A stretch of 62,672 nt of DNA, filler included, from Asterionella formosa (Eukaryota), in assembly GCA_002256025.1 (NCBI GenBank). It is 29 parts of 29 records of this genome, joined end to end, with 100 filler letters (N's around TTAATTAATTAA, not from the genome) between each part and the next. Parts side by side here need not be neighbours in the genome. Positions count along the whole stretch, not along the records: positions 26,031 to 28,096 come from NKIB01000509.1; positions 28,197 to 30,262 come from NKIB01000510.1; positions 30,363 to 32,431 come from NKIB01000511.1; positions 32,532 to 34,584 come from NKIB01000512.1; positions 34,685 to 36,749 come from NKIB01000513.1; positions 36,850 to 38,913 come from NKIB01000515.1; 23 more parts are not named here. One strand, given 5' to 3'. Below are positions 26,049 through 37,233 of this stretch, in pieces. Both the position numbers and the translations under genes were made by a program. The notes under the pieces are model-generated. The model made no database searches. It was not told where the DNA came from and saw only the letters and a list, made by a program, of their open reading frames with translations. Numbering within the stretch: position 1 is the first letter of the stretch; each line of letters begins with the position of its first letter.

Positions 26049-27704
26049 TTACACCGCATTCTCTTTTGTTTCTTTTACCTTTTTTACAAAGGTTGCCATT
26101 CGAAGCATCAAGTCATCAACTCCGTCTTTTTCCTTTGCACTCATCCACATGAGCCGAGAATGCGGCATGGTATCTATCATGAGTTTCTCCAAAGCTTCCT
26201 GGTCAAACCTCGTTTTCAAGCCTTCCTCCCAAGCTTCGTTCCCCAAACCTTCAAAAGCATCAATCTTGTTGATGACAACGACTTGAGGCATCTTGGCAAG
26301 TTGACCAGTCCCGTACTTGGTAAGCTCGCGATTCAACATTTCAAAGTCGGCGATCGGATCGTTCGACGTCGCGTCAACTAAGTGCAGAATCACATGACAA
26401 CGCTCCACATGTCTAAGAAAAGCATGACCAAGGCCTACACCATTGGCAGCTCCTGCCACCAGCCCAGGAACATCGCAAAGGACTAACCCAGCGGATCCAG
26501 CGCCGTCCATTGTTTTATGACCGTTCCCAGCAAATCCAGCAGTGGAAAAATCTGCTTCCGGTGGGATCCATACTCCAAGATTAGGAATGACAGTTGTGAA
26601 TGGATAATTGGCGATCTTTGGCTTGGCTCTAGTGACAGCTGCCAAAAAGGTGGATTTGCCGGCATTCGGGACTCCCACCAATGCGACATCTGCGACAATC
26701 TTTAATGTCAACTTGAGTTTTTTGCGTTCTCCTCCCTGAGGTGGCAGTCTCGTGCGTCGAACACCACGACCCGCAATCTTACCACTCACTCCTGAACCTT
26801 CTCCTCCATCACCACCCCGAGCTACCACTAAATCGGGTTCAGTCAATGTGATGGTTCCCAAATCTTGTAGATACGTGGATAATTCCCCATCTAAATTTGT
26901 ATATTCCACCTCTTCTTGCACCACTGTCCCCGGCGGTACTCGAATCATAACTTCCTTTCCATACTTTCCATTGCAGAACTGCCGATCCCCGTCTGAGCCA
27001 GTAAATGCCTTGAATGACATGGGTCGGGCCTCTTCGTTTGCATTTTTGTAGGCTCCACCGGAACCGCCGAACGAATTCGGTCTCCACGCTTGAGTCAAAC
27101 CCGCTAGTGTATTGAGCGAATCATCCAGCTTCATGACCACATCACCCCCTCGACCGCCGTTTCCTCCATCAGGAATTCCATCTTGGCCGCCCTTACCCTT
27201 TTGGAACGTGGACGATCCCTGTCCGCCAGAGCCGGCTCGGACGTAAATGACAGCCTCATCGAAAAATGAATATTCGTTAATAGCTGAGTTGCTTGGATCA
27301 GGATTTGTGGATGAGTCGTAATTGTCGAGATCGTAGCGATATCTAGATTGGTCGAGTGCGACGTTGGGGGAAAAGTACGTTTCTTCTGGTTCGTCGGGGT
27401 AGGAGACGACTGGAGCATCCATATCACTGCTTTCGTCATAGCTCATCAGTAACATAAAAGGAGTTCTTTCTACTGAATCGGCGCAGATGTGCCAAGGTAT
27501 TCTTGAACACGATGGTGAGCTGAATCCATCAATACGTACAACGGCGACAAGGGCCAGCGTTGAAAACTTGAGTGCACATCCTCTCGGTTTTTCCATTCTC
27601 TTCATTATTTCGTTAAGATCGATTCCTTTCGAGGTATTTATAGGAAACTTTATTCCGCTGTCCGCTGGATTGTGAGAGATGTCACTAGTATGTAAGGTGC
27701 ACAA
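26049..27704 (-). CDS. obgE: Obg/CgtA GTPase, probably plastid-targeted (true start probably the downstream ATG near 27605)
   Basis: FFDEAVIYVRAGSGG, PDGGNGGRGG, G1 VGVPNAGKST, PKIANYPFTT, DVPGLV, GLGHAFLRHVERC, NKID, SAK; signal-like STLALVAVVRIDG|F. Confidence 0.95.
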   Translation of the reverse strand: MCTLHTSDISHNPADSGIKFPINTSKGIDLNEIMKRMEKPRGCALKFSTLALVAVVRIDGFSSPSCSRIPWHICADSVERTPFMLLMSYDESSDMDAPVVSYPDEPEETYFSPNVALDQSRYRYDLDNYDSSTNPDPSNSAINEYSFFDEAVIYVRAGSGGQGSSTFQKGKGGQDGIPDGGNGGRGGDVVMKLDDSLNTLAGLTQAWRPNSFGGSGGAYKNANEEARPMSFKAFTGSDGDRQFCNGKYGKEVMIRVPPGTVVQEEVEYTNLDGELSTYLQDLGTITLTEPDLVVARGGDGGEGSGVSGKIAGRGVRRTRLPPQGGERKKLKLTLKIVADVALVGVPNAGKSTFLAAVTRAKPKIANYPFTTVIPNLGVWIPPEADFSTAGFAGNGHKTMDGAGSAGLVLCDVPGLVAGAANGVGLGHAFLRHVERCHVILHLVDATSNDPIADFEMLNRELTKYGTGQLAKMPQVVVINKIDAFEGLGNEAWEEGLKTRFDQEALEKLMIDTMPHSRLMWMSAKEKDGVDDLMLRMATFVKKVKETKENAV

Positions 27705-28196
27705 TGGTAGCTAGCAACTGATGGGAACAATCGAACAAAAAACAGAGGCGGCAATCATACTATTATTCATTTTCATCACATCATGCCAGAAAAAAGGCCT
27801 GTCAACAAGCGTTCTTTGCTCGGCGTCCTTTTGAGGTTGATGGCTGCGTAATAATTACTACTATATACTGGCTGAGTGAAGGTAAGACCATCTTTTCCCG
27901 CAACTCCCTATAAAAAAGAGCCCCGGAATGTACCGAAACACCTTTTTGTCGTATCTTTAACCTATATTTTTCAAGACAACCCGGTATGCATGTAGAACAA
28001 AATTCTTTTTTATGTTATGGTTCTTGATATGCGAGGAATGGCTACGAATCAATTTCCATCCAACCTGACGATGACAGGCACGAATAATTTTGCTACNNNN
28101 NNNNNNNNNNNNNNNNNNNNNNNNNNNNNNNNNNNNNNNNTTAATTAATTAANNNNNNNNNNNNNNNNNNNNNNNNNNNNNNNNNNNNNNNNNNNN

Positions 28197-30262
28197 GTGC
28201 TCAAATCTTTGCAAATGAAGCGTATTTCGTAAAAGCGTACCCGATGGAGAAGAAGTCTGGCGCGGGTTTGGCGCTCCGACAATTCATTCGTGATTACGGA
28301 GCACCTGAGTACCTCACGTCTGACAGGGTGTCCGAACAGACTGGACCGAAAACGGAATTCATTAAGGAAGTATGGGATTGAACATCACGTGAGCGAAACT
28401 AAACAGCATCGACAGAATCGAGCGGAGTCAGTTATTCGTGAAGTGAAAAAGCGATGGTTTCGACAAATGATGAAGCGTCGGGTTCCGAAGCGTTTGTGGG
28501 ATTACGGAATCGTGTGGGTGTGTGAAACAATGTCTCTCACTGCTAACTCATCATTTGCGCTGGAAGGTCGGACTCCTATAGAACAAATCACAGGCGAGAC
28601 ACCCGACATATCCGAATACTTGGATTTCGTGTTCTACGATTGGGTGTGGTACAAGGATAATGCAGGGGTTGGCGAAAACATGTTCGGGCGCTGGCTTGGG
28701 GTGTCTCACCGAGTCGGTAACCTAATGTCATATTGGATTCTAACCATTGCTTGTCGCGTTATCTCACGCACTACAGTGCAGCGTATCACTCACCTTGAAC
28801 TGACAACTAGCGAGGTCAATGACAGATGCAAGGAATACAATGAGAGGATAAAGGAAATAATACGTGACTACAACCACCAAAATGCAGGCGACGAGGAGGA
28901 GCAACAATTGCAGGATTGGGATGAATACTCGGATCTGCAGGACGACTCAGTAATGGCGAAGAGATAAACAATGTTGTGAGCGATCACCAAATACCAAATG
29001 CCGATGACACTTTCACGCCCGTTTTTTTCGAGGATACATACCTCAACAAAGAGATAGCGATAGCGAGGGGCGCTGGAGATGACAACGACGGTGTTCAGTT
29101 TGGCAGAGTCACCAAGAGATTGCGCGACGCTGATGGTAGACCTATCGGCAAGGCTCACGAAAATCCTTTGCTTGACACCAGAGAGTATGAGGTCGAGTTC
29201 TTTGACGGACACACAGAGGCATTGTCTTCTAACCTTATTGCTCAGAATTTGTTTTCACAGATAGACGAGGAGGGCGAACGACACGTACTTCTCAACGACA
29301 TTATCGATTATAGGCGGAATGCGACGGCACTCGACAAAGAGGACGCGTTCATCACAATGTCTAACGGTGTCAAGCGGCGGAGACAGACGACTCGAGGGTG
29401 GCAACTCCTGTGCCAATGGAGGGACGGGAGTACCACTTGGGTCGCACTTAAGGATGTGAAGCAATCGTACCCCATACAGGTGGTGGAGTACTCAATTGCT
29501 AATCGTATTGATGAAGAGGCAGCGTTCGCGTGGTGGGTGCCGACTCTTCTAAAGAAACGGGACCGAGTCCTAGAAAAGGTAAAGTCTAAGTATTGGCAGC
29601 GAACTCATAAATACGGTATACGGATACCGAAGTCCGTCGAAGAGGCGTTAACGATTGATAAAGCCAATGGCAACACATTATGGTGGGACGCCATCTGCAA
29701 GGAAACGAAAAACGTGCGACCGGCATTTGAAAAGTGGGAAAAGCGAGAGGGAGACCTTCCGCCAGGGTACCAAAAGATAAGGTGTCATTTCGTGTTCGAC
29801 ATCAAAATGGGCGAAAACTTTCGGCGTAAGGCGAGACTAGTTGCTGACGGCAGCCGGACGGAAACGCCCGCAGCCCTGACGTATTCGTCAGTTGTGTCGA
29901 GGGACTCAGTGCGCATTGCCTTATTGGTTGCTTCATTGAACGACTTACAACTTCTTGCTTGCGATATTCAAAACGCTTATCTAACCGCAGATTGCAGATA
30001 GAAAATTTACATAATTGCAGGGCCGGAATTTGGGTCGGAAGCGGGAGCTACCATGGTGGTGAAGAAAGCGCTGTATGGGCTCAAATCTAGCGGTGCGGCA
30101 TTCAGAGCGCATCTCGCAGAAACCCTCCATGATTTGGGTTACTTGCCCACGAAAGGGGACCCTGATGTATGAATTCGACCGGCAGTAAAACCGGATGGGT
30201 TTGAGTATTACGAAATGATTCTTGTATATGTTGATGACATTCTTTGCATTTCAGCGCAGCCT
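28197..30262 (+). mobile_element. CoDi-type Ty1/copia pol fragment (integrase C-terminus, chromodomain-like segment, RT), inactivated
   Basis: QNRAESVIREVKKRW, VPKRLWDY, GRWLGVSHRVG, FDIKMGENFRRKARLVA, TYSSVVSRDSVR, CDIQNAYL, KALYGLKSSG, VYVDD; premature stops at 28965, 29999 and about 30169. Confidence 0.93.
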
Positions 30263-30362
30263 NNNNNNNNNNNNNNNNNNNNNNNNNNNNNNNNNNNNNN
30301 NNNNNNTTAATTAATTAANNNNNNNNNNNNNNNNNNNNNNNNNNNNNNNNNNNNNNNNNNNN

Positions 30363-32431
30363 AGGCTGCGCTGAAATGCAAAGAATGTCATCAACATATA
30401 CAAGAATCATTTCGTAATACTCAAACCCATCCGGTTTTACTGCCGGTCGAATTCATACATCAGGGTCCCCTTTCGTGGGCTAGTAACCCAAATCATGGAG
30501 GGTTTCTGCAAGATGCGCTCTGAATGCCGCACCGCTAGATTTGAGCCCATACAGCGCTTTCTTTACCACAATGGTGGCTCCCGCTTCCGACCCAAATTCC
30601 GGCCCTGCAATGATGTAAATTTTCTATCTGCAATCTGCGGTTGTTAGATAAGCATTTTGAATATCGCAAGCAAGAAGTTGTAAGTCGTTAAATGAAGCAA
30701 CCAATAAGGCCATGTGCACTGAGTCCCTTGACACAACTGACGAATATGTCAGGGCTCCGGGCGTTTCCGTCTGGCTGCCGTCAGCAACTAGTCTCGTCTT
30801 ACGCCGAAAGTTTTCGCCCATTTTGATGTCGAACACGAAATGACACCTTATCTTTTGGTACCCTGGCGGAAGGTCTCCCTCTCGCTTTTCCCACTTTTCA
30901 AATGCCGGTCGCACGTTTTTCGTTTCCTTGCAGATGGCGTCCCGCCATAATGTGTTGCCATTGGCTTTATCAATCGTTAACGCCTCTTTGACGGACTTCG
31001 GTATCCGTATACCGTATTTATGAGTTCGCTGCCAATACTTAGACTTTACCTTTTCTAGGACTTGGTCCCGTTTCTTTAGAAGAGTCGGCACCCACCACGC
31101 GAACGCTGCCTCATCATCAATACGATTAGCAATTGAGTACTCCACCACCTGTATGGGGTACGATTGCTTCACATCCTTAAGTGCGACCCAAGTGGTACTC
31201 CCGTCCCTCCATTGGCACAGGAGTTGCCACCCTTGAGTCGTCTGTCTCTGCCGCTTGACACCGTTAGACATTGTGATGAACGCGTCCTCTTTGTCGAGTG
31301 CCGTCGCATTCCGCCTATAATCGATAATGTCGTCGAGAAGTACGTGTCGTTCGCCCTCCTCGTCTATCTGTGAAAACAAATTCTGAGCAATAAGGTTAGA
31401 AGACAATGCCTCTGTGTGTCCGTCAAAGAACTCGACCTCATACTCTCTGGTGTCAAGCAAAGGATTTTCGTGAGCCTTGCCGATAGGTCTACCATCAGCG
31501 TCGCGCAATCTCTTGGTGACTCTGCCAAACTGAACACCGTCGTTGTCATCTCCAGCGCCCCTCGCTATCGCTATCTCTTTGTTGAGGTATGTATCCTCGA
31601 AAAAAACGGGCGTGAAAGTGTCATCGGCATTTGGTATTTGGTGATCGCTCACAACATTGTTTATCTCTTCGCCATTACTGAGTCGTCCTGCAGATCCGAG
31701 TATTCATCCCAATCCTGCAATTGTTGCTCCTCCTCGTCGCCTGCATTTTGGTGGTTGTAGTCACGTATTATTTCCTTTATCCTCTCATTGTATTCCTTGC
31801 ATCTGTCATTGACCTCGCTAGTTGTCAGTTCAAGGTGAGTGATACGCTGCACTGTAGTGCGTGAGATAACGCGACAAGCAATGGTTAGAATCCAATATGA
31901 CATTAGGTTACCGACTCGGTGAGACACCCCAAGCCAGCGCCCGAACATGTTTTCGCCAACCCCTGCATTATCCTTGTACCACACCCAATCGTAGAACCCG
32001 AAATCCAAGTATTCGGATATGTCGGGTGTCTCGCCTGTGATTTGTTCTATAGGAGTCCGACCTTCCAGCGCAAATGATGAGTTAGCAGTGAGAGACATTG
32101 TTTCACACACCCACACGATTCCGTAATCCCACAAACGCTTCGGAACCCGACGCTTCATCATTTGTCGAAACCATCGCTTTTTCACTTCACGAATAACTGA
32201 CTCCGCTCGATTCTGTCGATGCTGTTTAGTTTCGCTCACGTGATGTTCAATCCCATACTTCCTTAATGAATTCCGTTTTCGGTCCAGTCTGTTCGGACAC
32301 CCTGTCAGACGTGAGGTACTCAGGTGCTCCGTAATCACGAATGAATTGTCGGAGCGCCAAACCCGCGCCAGACTTCTTCTCCATCGGGTACGCTTTTACG
32401 AAATACGCTTCATTTGCAAAGATTTGAGCAC
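30363..32431 (-). mobile_element. Second near-identical copy of the CoDi pol fragment (reverse complement of 28197-30262)
   Basis: Same ORFs, same inactivating stops and same end points; differs by a 3-bp insertion and scattered SNPs. Confidence 0.93.
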
Positions 32432-32531
32432 NNNNNNNNNNNNNNNNNNNNNNNNNNNNNNNNNNNNNNNNNNNNTTAATTAATTAANNNNNNNNNNNNN
32501 NNNNNNNNNNNNNNNNNNNNNNNNNNNNNNN

Positions 32532-32886
32532 TGAGTGCGTGGAAAAAGAAAACATACGATTGCCAGTCTTGAAACAACGAGCATCCCGTCGAAAAGATGA
32601 GGTGATATTCTTGTTCGTGATCGTCTGTACCAGGCTTGATTGTCGAGGTAATTCGTTGCTTTGAGGCATTCGGAATGGAATGATCTCCATCAAATGTTTC
32701 CTTCTTCGCTCTTTCGTTTCTTTGGTTGGTTGAATGTATAATTATCAGTAAAAAGACCGCCATGGCCGACACAGAGAGAGCCACCATTGGAGCCAATGAC
32801 TTCCCGAAACCCTTTCGCCTGTGGAACCGGCTTGGAAGCGATAAATCGCCCTTTCTTCTTTCGTTGGCTCTATGCCGTCGTTGCAT
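32532..32886 (-). CDS. Type II membrane glycosyltransferase N-terminus (SERGT1/HPAT-like), truncated
   Basis: TM anchor MVALSVSAMAVFLLIII followed by YHLIFSTGCSLFQDWQSYVFF, resembling peptidyl-serine galactosyltransferase / Hyp-arabinosyltransferase starts. Confidence 0.7.
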
Positions 32887-33239
32887 TGCAATAATGTCCC
32901 CCTTACTATGGTAAACAAAACTCTGTATCCGATGAAGTACTTATTATTAGTGGAACCAATTTTGGGGATGTTGATCACCCGTACGGTACCAGGTACCAGG
33001 TACTCCGGAAAGTATCTTAATTTGTTGATCAACTTCCATACCGTCATATTCCTCATGATCATGCTGAGTTGATTATGTTATTTATAGTACAGCATACAAT
33101 AAAGTGACTACATTTGACTACGACTAAAAATGTGACACATCAAGAAAGTATACCAATAATAATTACTGGGCGCGCTCTGATTAATAAAAAATTATTATAT
33201 CATGTGTATTATAACACAAATCGTTGTACCCATAACCCC

Positions 33240-33306
33240 AAAATTTGTGTTTGTGTTTGGGTGCCTACCAGGTTTACCAAATTTGGTCAACACAAACACA
33301 AATTTT
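33240..33306. repeat. 18-bp inverted repeat upstream of the Myb-like ORF
   Basis: AAAATTTGTGTTTGTGTT / AACACAAACACAAATTTT. Confidence 0.85.
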
Positions 33307-33513
33307 TTACAGTTATAAATAACAGTGCATTATATAAAAAGATGTTTAGACATGAATGACTATATAGAATTTCCCGGAATATTTCAAGACTTGCTTGCTC
33401 ATACTCAAAATGGCTTGCTCTTGCCAAAATAGGTATGCATATACATATGCATATCGTTACATATCAATCAACCTCCTCAATAAATCGATCGTCATCGCTT
33501 TTAGATTTCGGCC

Positions 33514-34584
33514 ATGTCTTCATCTTCTTCTGTTCAAAGGAGAGCATCCACCAGGGAGGGCTTCCCTTCCTCTCCAAGGCTGCTTGAACATCGCCGTCAC
33601 CAGCAACAAGAACAACAACAGACTCAACCAGAAGAAGAGGAGGAGGACGACGACAAGAATGAAGATGACACTGGTGCTTATGAGTTTGCCAGTGACGATG
33701 AGGACAGTAGGATAGGTGTCCCAGGTGTTTCTCAGATTGGTGTTTCTTGGGTTACTCCGTCCCCATCAAGGAACAACAACGATTTTTCACGTGCTCCTCC
33801 TACTAGTTCAGTTTCAAGAACGGCAACTGCCAGGCGAGCACCAACGTTTCCAAGAGCTCGCCGAAGCATGCAGAGTCGGGGTCAACAGTTCAGGATCAAT
33901 GAGATTCTCTCATTGCTGGAAGCCATTTCTACTCACCTGCCAATTGGGTCCCATGAATGGGAAGTTGTTGCATCACAGTACAACGAGAATTTCCCAGACA
34001 AAGAACGGACAGGACCTTCACTTCGCCGAAAGTTTTCACAGCTGCACAAAGTTAAGAAACCAACTGGGGACCCAACATGCCCTGCTGAGGTGAGATATGC
34101 CAAACAAATTTTTCGAAGAATCGAGCAACGAGCAGATGCAAGTGCTGAGATTGAATCCACTGATCTTGGAATAGAGAGAGAGCCCAATATTGATGAGCCA
34201 AATGTTGATAATGATTTTATAGCGATTTCTGGGGAGAGTGAAGACAATGGTGGAGCAACATCTGCTGCTAATGCTAATTTTTCTGGTTCAAGATTTCCTC
34301 GACCTATGGTGTCCCCTCGATTTAGAGATAAGGCAGTGTCAAACAATACTGGGCCTGTTGAGAAAGTGCTTTCTCTTCTTTCGACACAGTTGCTTCACAA
34401 GGCTACTCGAACTGATACTGATAACCTGCAGCAGCAACAACTGCAGCAACAGAACATGATGAACATGATGATGATGTCAATCATAGCATCATTGTTGAAT
34501 CATGGGGTATCTCAAACAACCACCTCCACTGACAGTGCCAATCCCACTCAGGCAATTATGAATTCAATTATTGCTTCAAACATG
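33514..34584 (+). CDS. Myb/SANT-like (DUF6818-type) protein, possibly a Harbinger accessory ORF, 3' truncated
   Basis: RGQQFRINEILSLLEAI..HLPIGSHEWEVVASQYN..RTGPSLRRKFSQL..KPTGDPTCPAEVRYAK; low-complexity Q/M tail. Confidence 0.65.
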
Positions 34585-34684
34585 NNNNNNNNNNNNNNNN
34601 NNNNNNNNNNNNNNNNNNNNNNNNNNNNTTAATTAATTAANNNNNNNNNNNNNNNNNNNNNNNNNNNNNNNNNNNNNNNNNNNN

Positions 34685-35666
34685 GATCTGGCGAGAAACT
34701 GCAGAAAGGAACTTCGGTTTTTTAACTATGCTGAAAATAGTGGATTTTACCGGGCTAACTCGTTTATTTGGCCTAGTAAAAAAACCGAAGTTCCTTTCTG
34801 CAGTTTCTCGCCGAAAGTTAACTTCTGGGGCTATATGAAGATTACCTATGTACTTAACTCTTCTTCAAACCCTGCCAACGTTGAACTATCGTCGTCCAAA
34901 AATTCGACAATATCGGCCTTTTCAACGGTCACCCAAACGTCGGAATCAGAATCACTAATCGCCGAAACGTCATCATCGGAATGGTAGTCTTGTGCTAAAA
35001 TTTGTAGTCGTAAAATCTCGTGTACAAAAAGTTCCAATGTAATTGCCCGCTGTAATAATCATATTCTGATTGGTTATCCTTACATCCGTTCGATTGGCAC
35101 GGTTTGCGAGGTCGTGCAATCCCACGCCGGCCACACTGGATACACATGAAGCATTTTCTTGGGTGTTGGCCGATCCTACCCGTATACCGGTATCCGTACG
35201 GAGTGGGAATATCGAGTACCGGGTAGGTTTACCCGTATACCGGAATCCGTACGGAGTAGGAATATCGAGAACCGGGTAGACCTACCGGTTCCAGGTAACT
35301 GATCGTCATTCGTCATAGTAAATGGTAGTGCACGCTAACCAGTACCTTAGTACCGATAGTTTGCACATTCAAATATATTTTGCAGCCGCCGGGTCGTGCA
35401 TGTGAAACATATTTATGATACGAGTAGGTATGCTATCGGTAGAGTAGCAATATAAAACATTCAGCGATGGAGAATCTATCTTTACATATTTTATGCATTT
35501 GAAATGGAATCTATATACGTACGCGCAAATTTCCACTCATTTGAATTTTTCAAACGTAATCATTGATATTCAAATTAGCACATAAAAGTTCTTAGTTCCA
35601 GGGAATTTCGGCAACCCTAAGCAATATTTTAATTTTTGCCTAGGGGTTCAAATGCAGGAACCTTAA
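34685..35666. mobile_element. Repeat element R2 (long copy) with a perfect 34-bp inverted repeat (34690-34723/34779-34812), a ~54-bp tandem duplication (about 35180-35280) and a TTAA right junction
   Basis: GGCGAGAAACTGCAGAAAGGAACTTCGGTTTTTT and its reverse complement; homology to 12056-12331. Confidence 0.7.
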
Positions 35667-35996
35667 GTGCTCTGTTCTCCGATTAGATACCAGGTACCAG
35701 GTACATACATACTCTATAGCTCTGTACTTGCGATCGTCTCGTCCACAGCCTACCGGTACACATATAGTATAAGCACACCAACCTTCTGAGGTATACCAAG
35801 AACAGACTTCCTCCGTACCTGGTACCAATTGCTGGTACGGCCTGCTAGTATACTCTACTGGCAAACCTGCTGGTAATACTATACTACAAATACAGACGCT
35901 ACCTGATACAACTTCTATTTAGTTTTGGTATTGATCTAAAGCAGGGACACTGGGCCTACAACTGCCAGTGCTTTATATTGGTCTTGCTTTACCATC

Positions 35997-36749
35997 ATGT
36001 CCAGACAATATATCTACACTCAAATGGACAACAATCATGATCGCAAGCAACGCAGTCGCCGCACGCCAGCAATTCCTAGACGTTCTACCCGGCTTCAATC
36101 TGATAGTTCTAAACACATCATGGTCCCTCCTACCGGTCCAATGCCCCACTTATTTCGTGGATCTCCTGCTCAACTTAATGATCTCTGTGCTGAATTGGGG
36201 TCCCCTCATCATGTACCTCTCCCAGACTCTCCTCAGGAGGGATCATATCCAACCAACCTCTCCATCAACTCTGATCCTGGACATCTCACTGCTGTTCACC
36301 CTGCTTTCCGTCACATTACTACCCGCCCTGGTCGCCGCAGTTATCATCGACAATCTCTTCAAGACCGATTCCTACCTATCTCAATGGTTCCTTCTGCTCC
36401 AGGCCAATCATCCATCTATTACACTGGTGCTATCTCTCATACCTCCTTTGTTGATGAAAGTCCCTCCATCCACAGTGCCCCTGCTATGGGGCATGCACAC
36501 TTTCCTCATGGTAAAGGTTTAAGTCATAGAACAACTCTTCCTTCAGGTACTCAGGGCCTCAGTCAAACTGAACTTGATTCCCTTCCTTGGGAAGCTATTG
36601 CTGACGATTACCTTCGACGGCAAAACAAGCGAAATCACAAAGTCCTGCGTCCTGTCCCTGCTCCGGATCAAGACCCTGATGATGATGATTCTTCCAACAG
36701 CGATGAAGAATCACAGCATATTCCTACTGCTCCCTCCGCTTCCTATAAC
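35997..36749 (+). CDS. Pro/Ser/His-rich ORF, 3' truncated; possibly a retroelement gag N-terminus
   Basis: About 250 open codons, low complexity, lies in a repeat context; no diagnostic motif. Confidence 0.35.
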
Positions 36750-37233
36750 NNNNNNNNNNNNNNNNNNNNNNNNNNNNNNNNNNNNNNNNNNNNTTAATTA
36801 ATTAANNNNNNNNNNNNNNNNNNNNNNNNNNNNNNNNNNNNNNNNNNNNAAATGGCATGGTTTGTGCACCGAACCACACATGGCAGAATTGATCACAAAA
36901 GTTTGGACATGAGGGCTGAATTTCGCCCTTGGTTTTGACCAACAACAGTTGGTGTGGCTCCTCGGAGGGAGTCATGCAAAATGCAAGGAGGCAGTCGAAC
37001 CAGCATAATTTTTGACTCTTTTTACATGGCTGATCTGATTTTTTTTCATACAAATACTGGTGGCTGTAAGTTATTGATAGATAGATACAATACACTGTTA
37101 GCAAGCATTGTAGGGAGTACCTGGTACTGTACGAGTATGTAATATAATATGATGCAGTCAACTGGATTTGTAAACCCCAAAACTCCACCCAGGACACGTA
37201 CAGCAGTTTAGTACCACTGCCACATTTCAGTCA

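Noticed and set aside
28197..32431. Apparent 2-kb giant inverted repeat or fold-back element
   Set aside because: Two separate contigs that are adjacent only because of similar length; orientation is arbitrary
35925..35945. TGGTATTGATCT as a tRNA-Met PBS before ORF 35997
   Set aside because: Poor match to TGGTATCAGAGC and no clear LTR boundary
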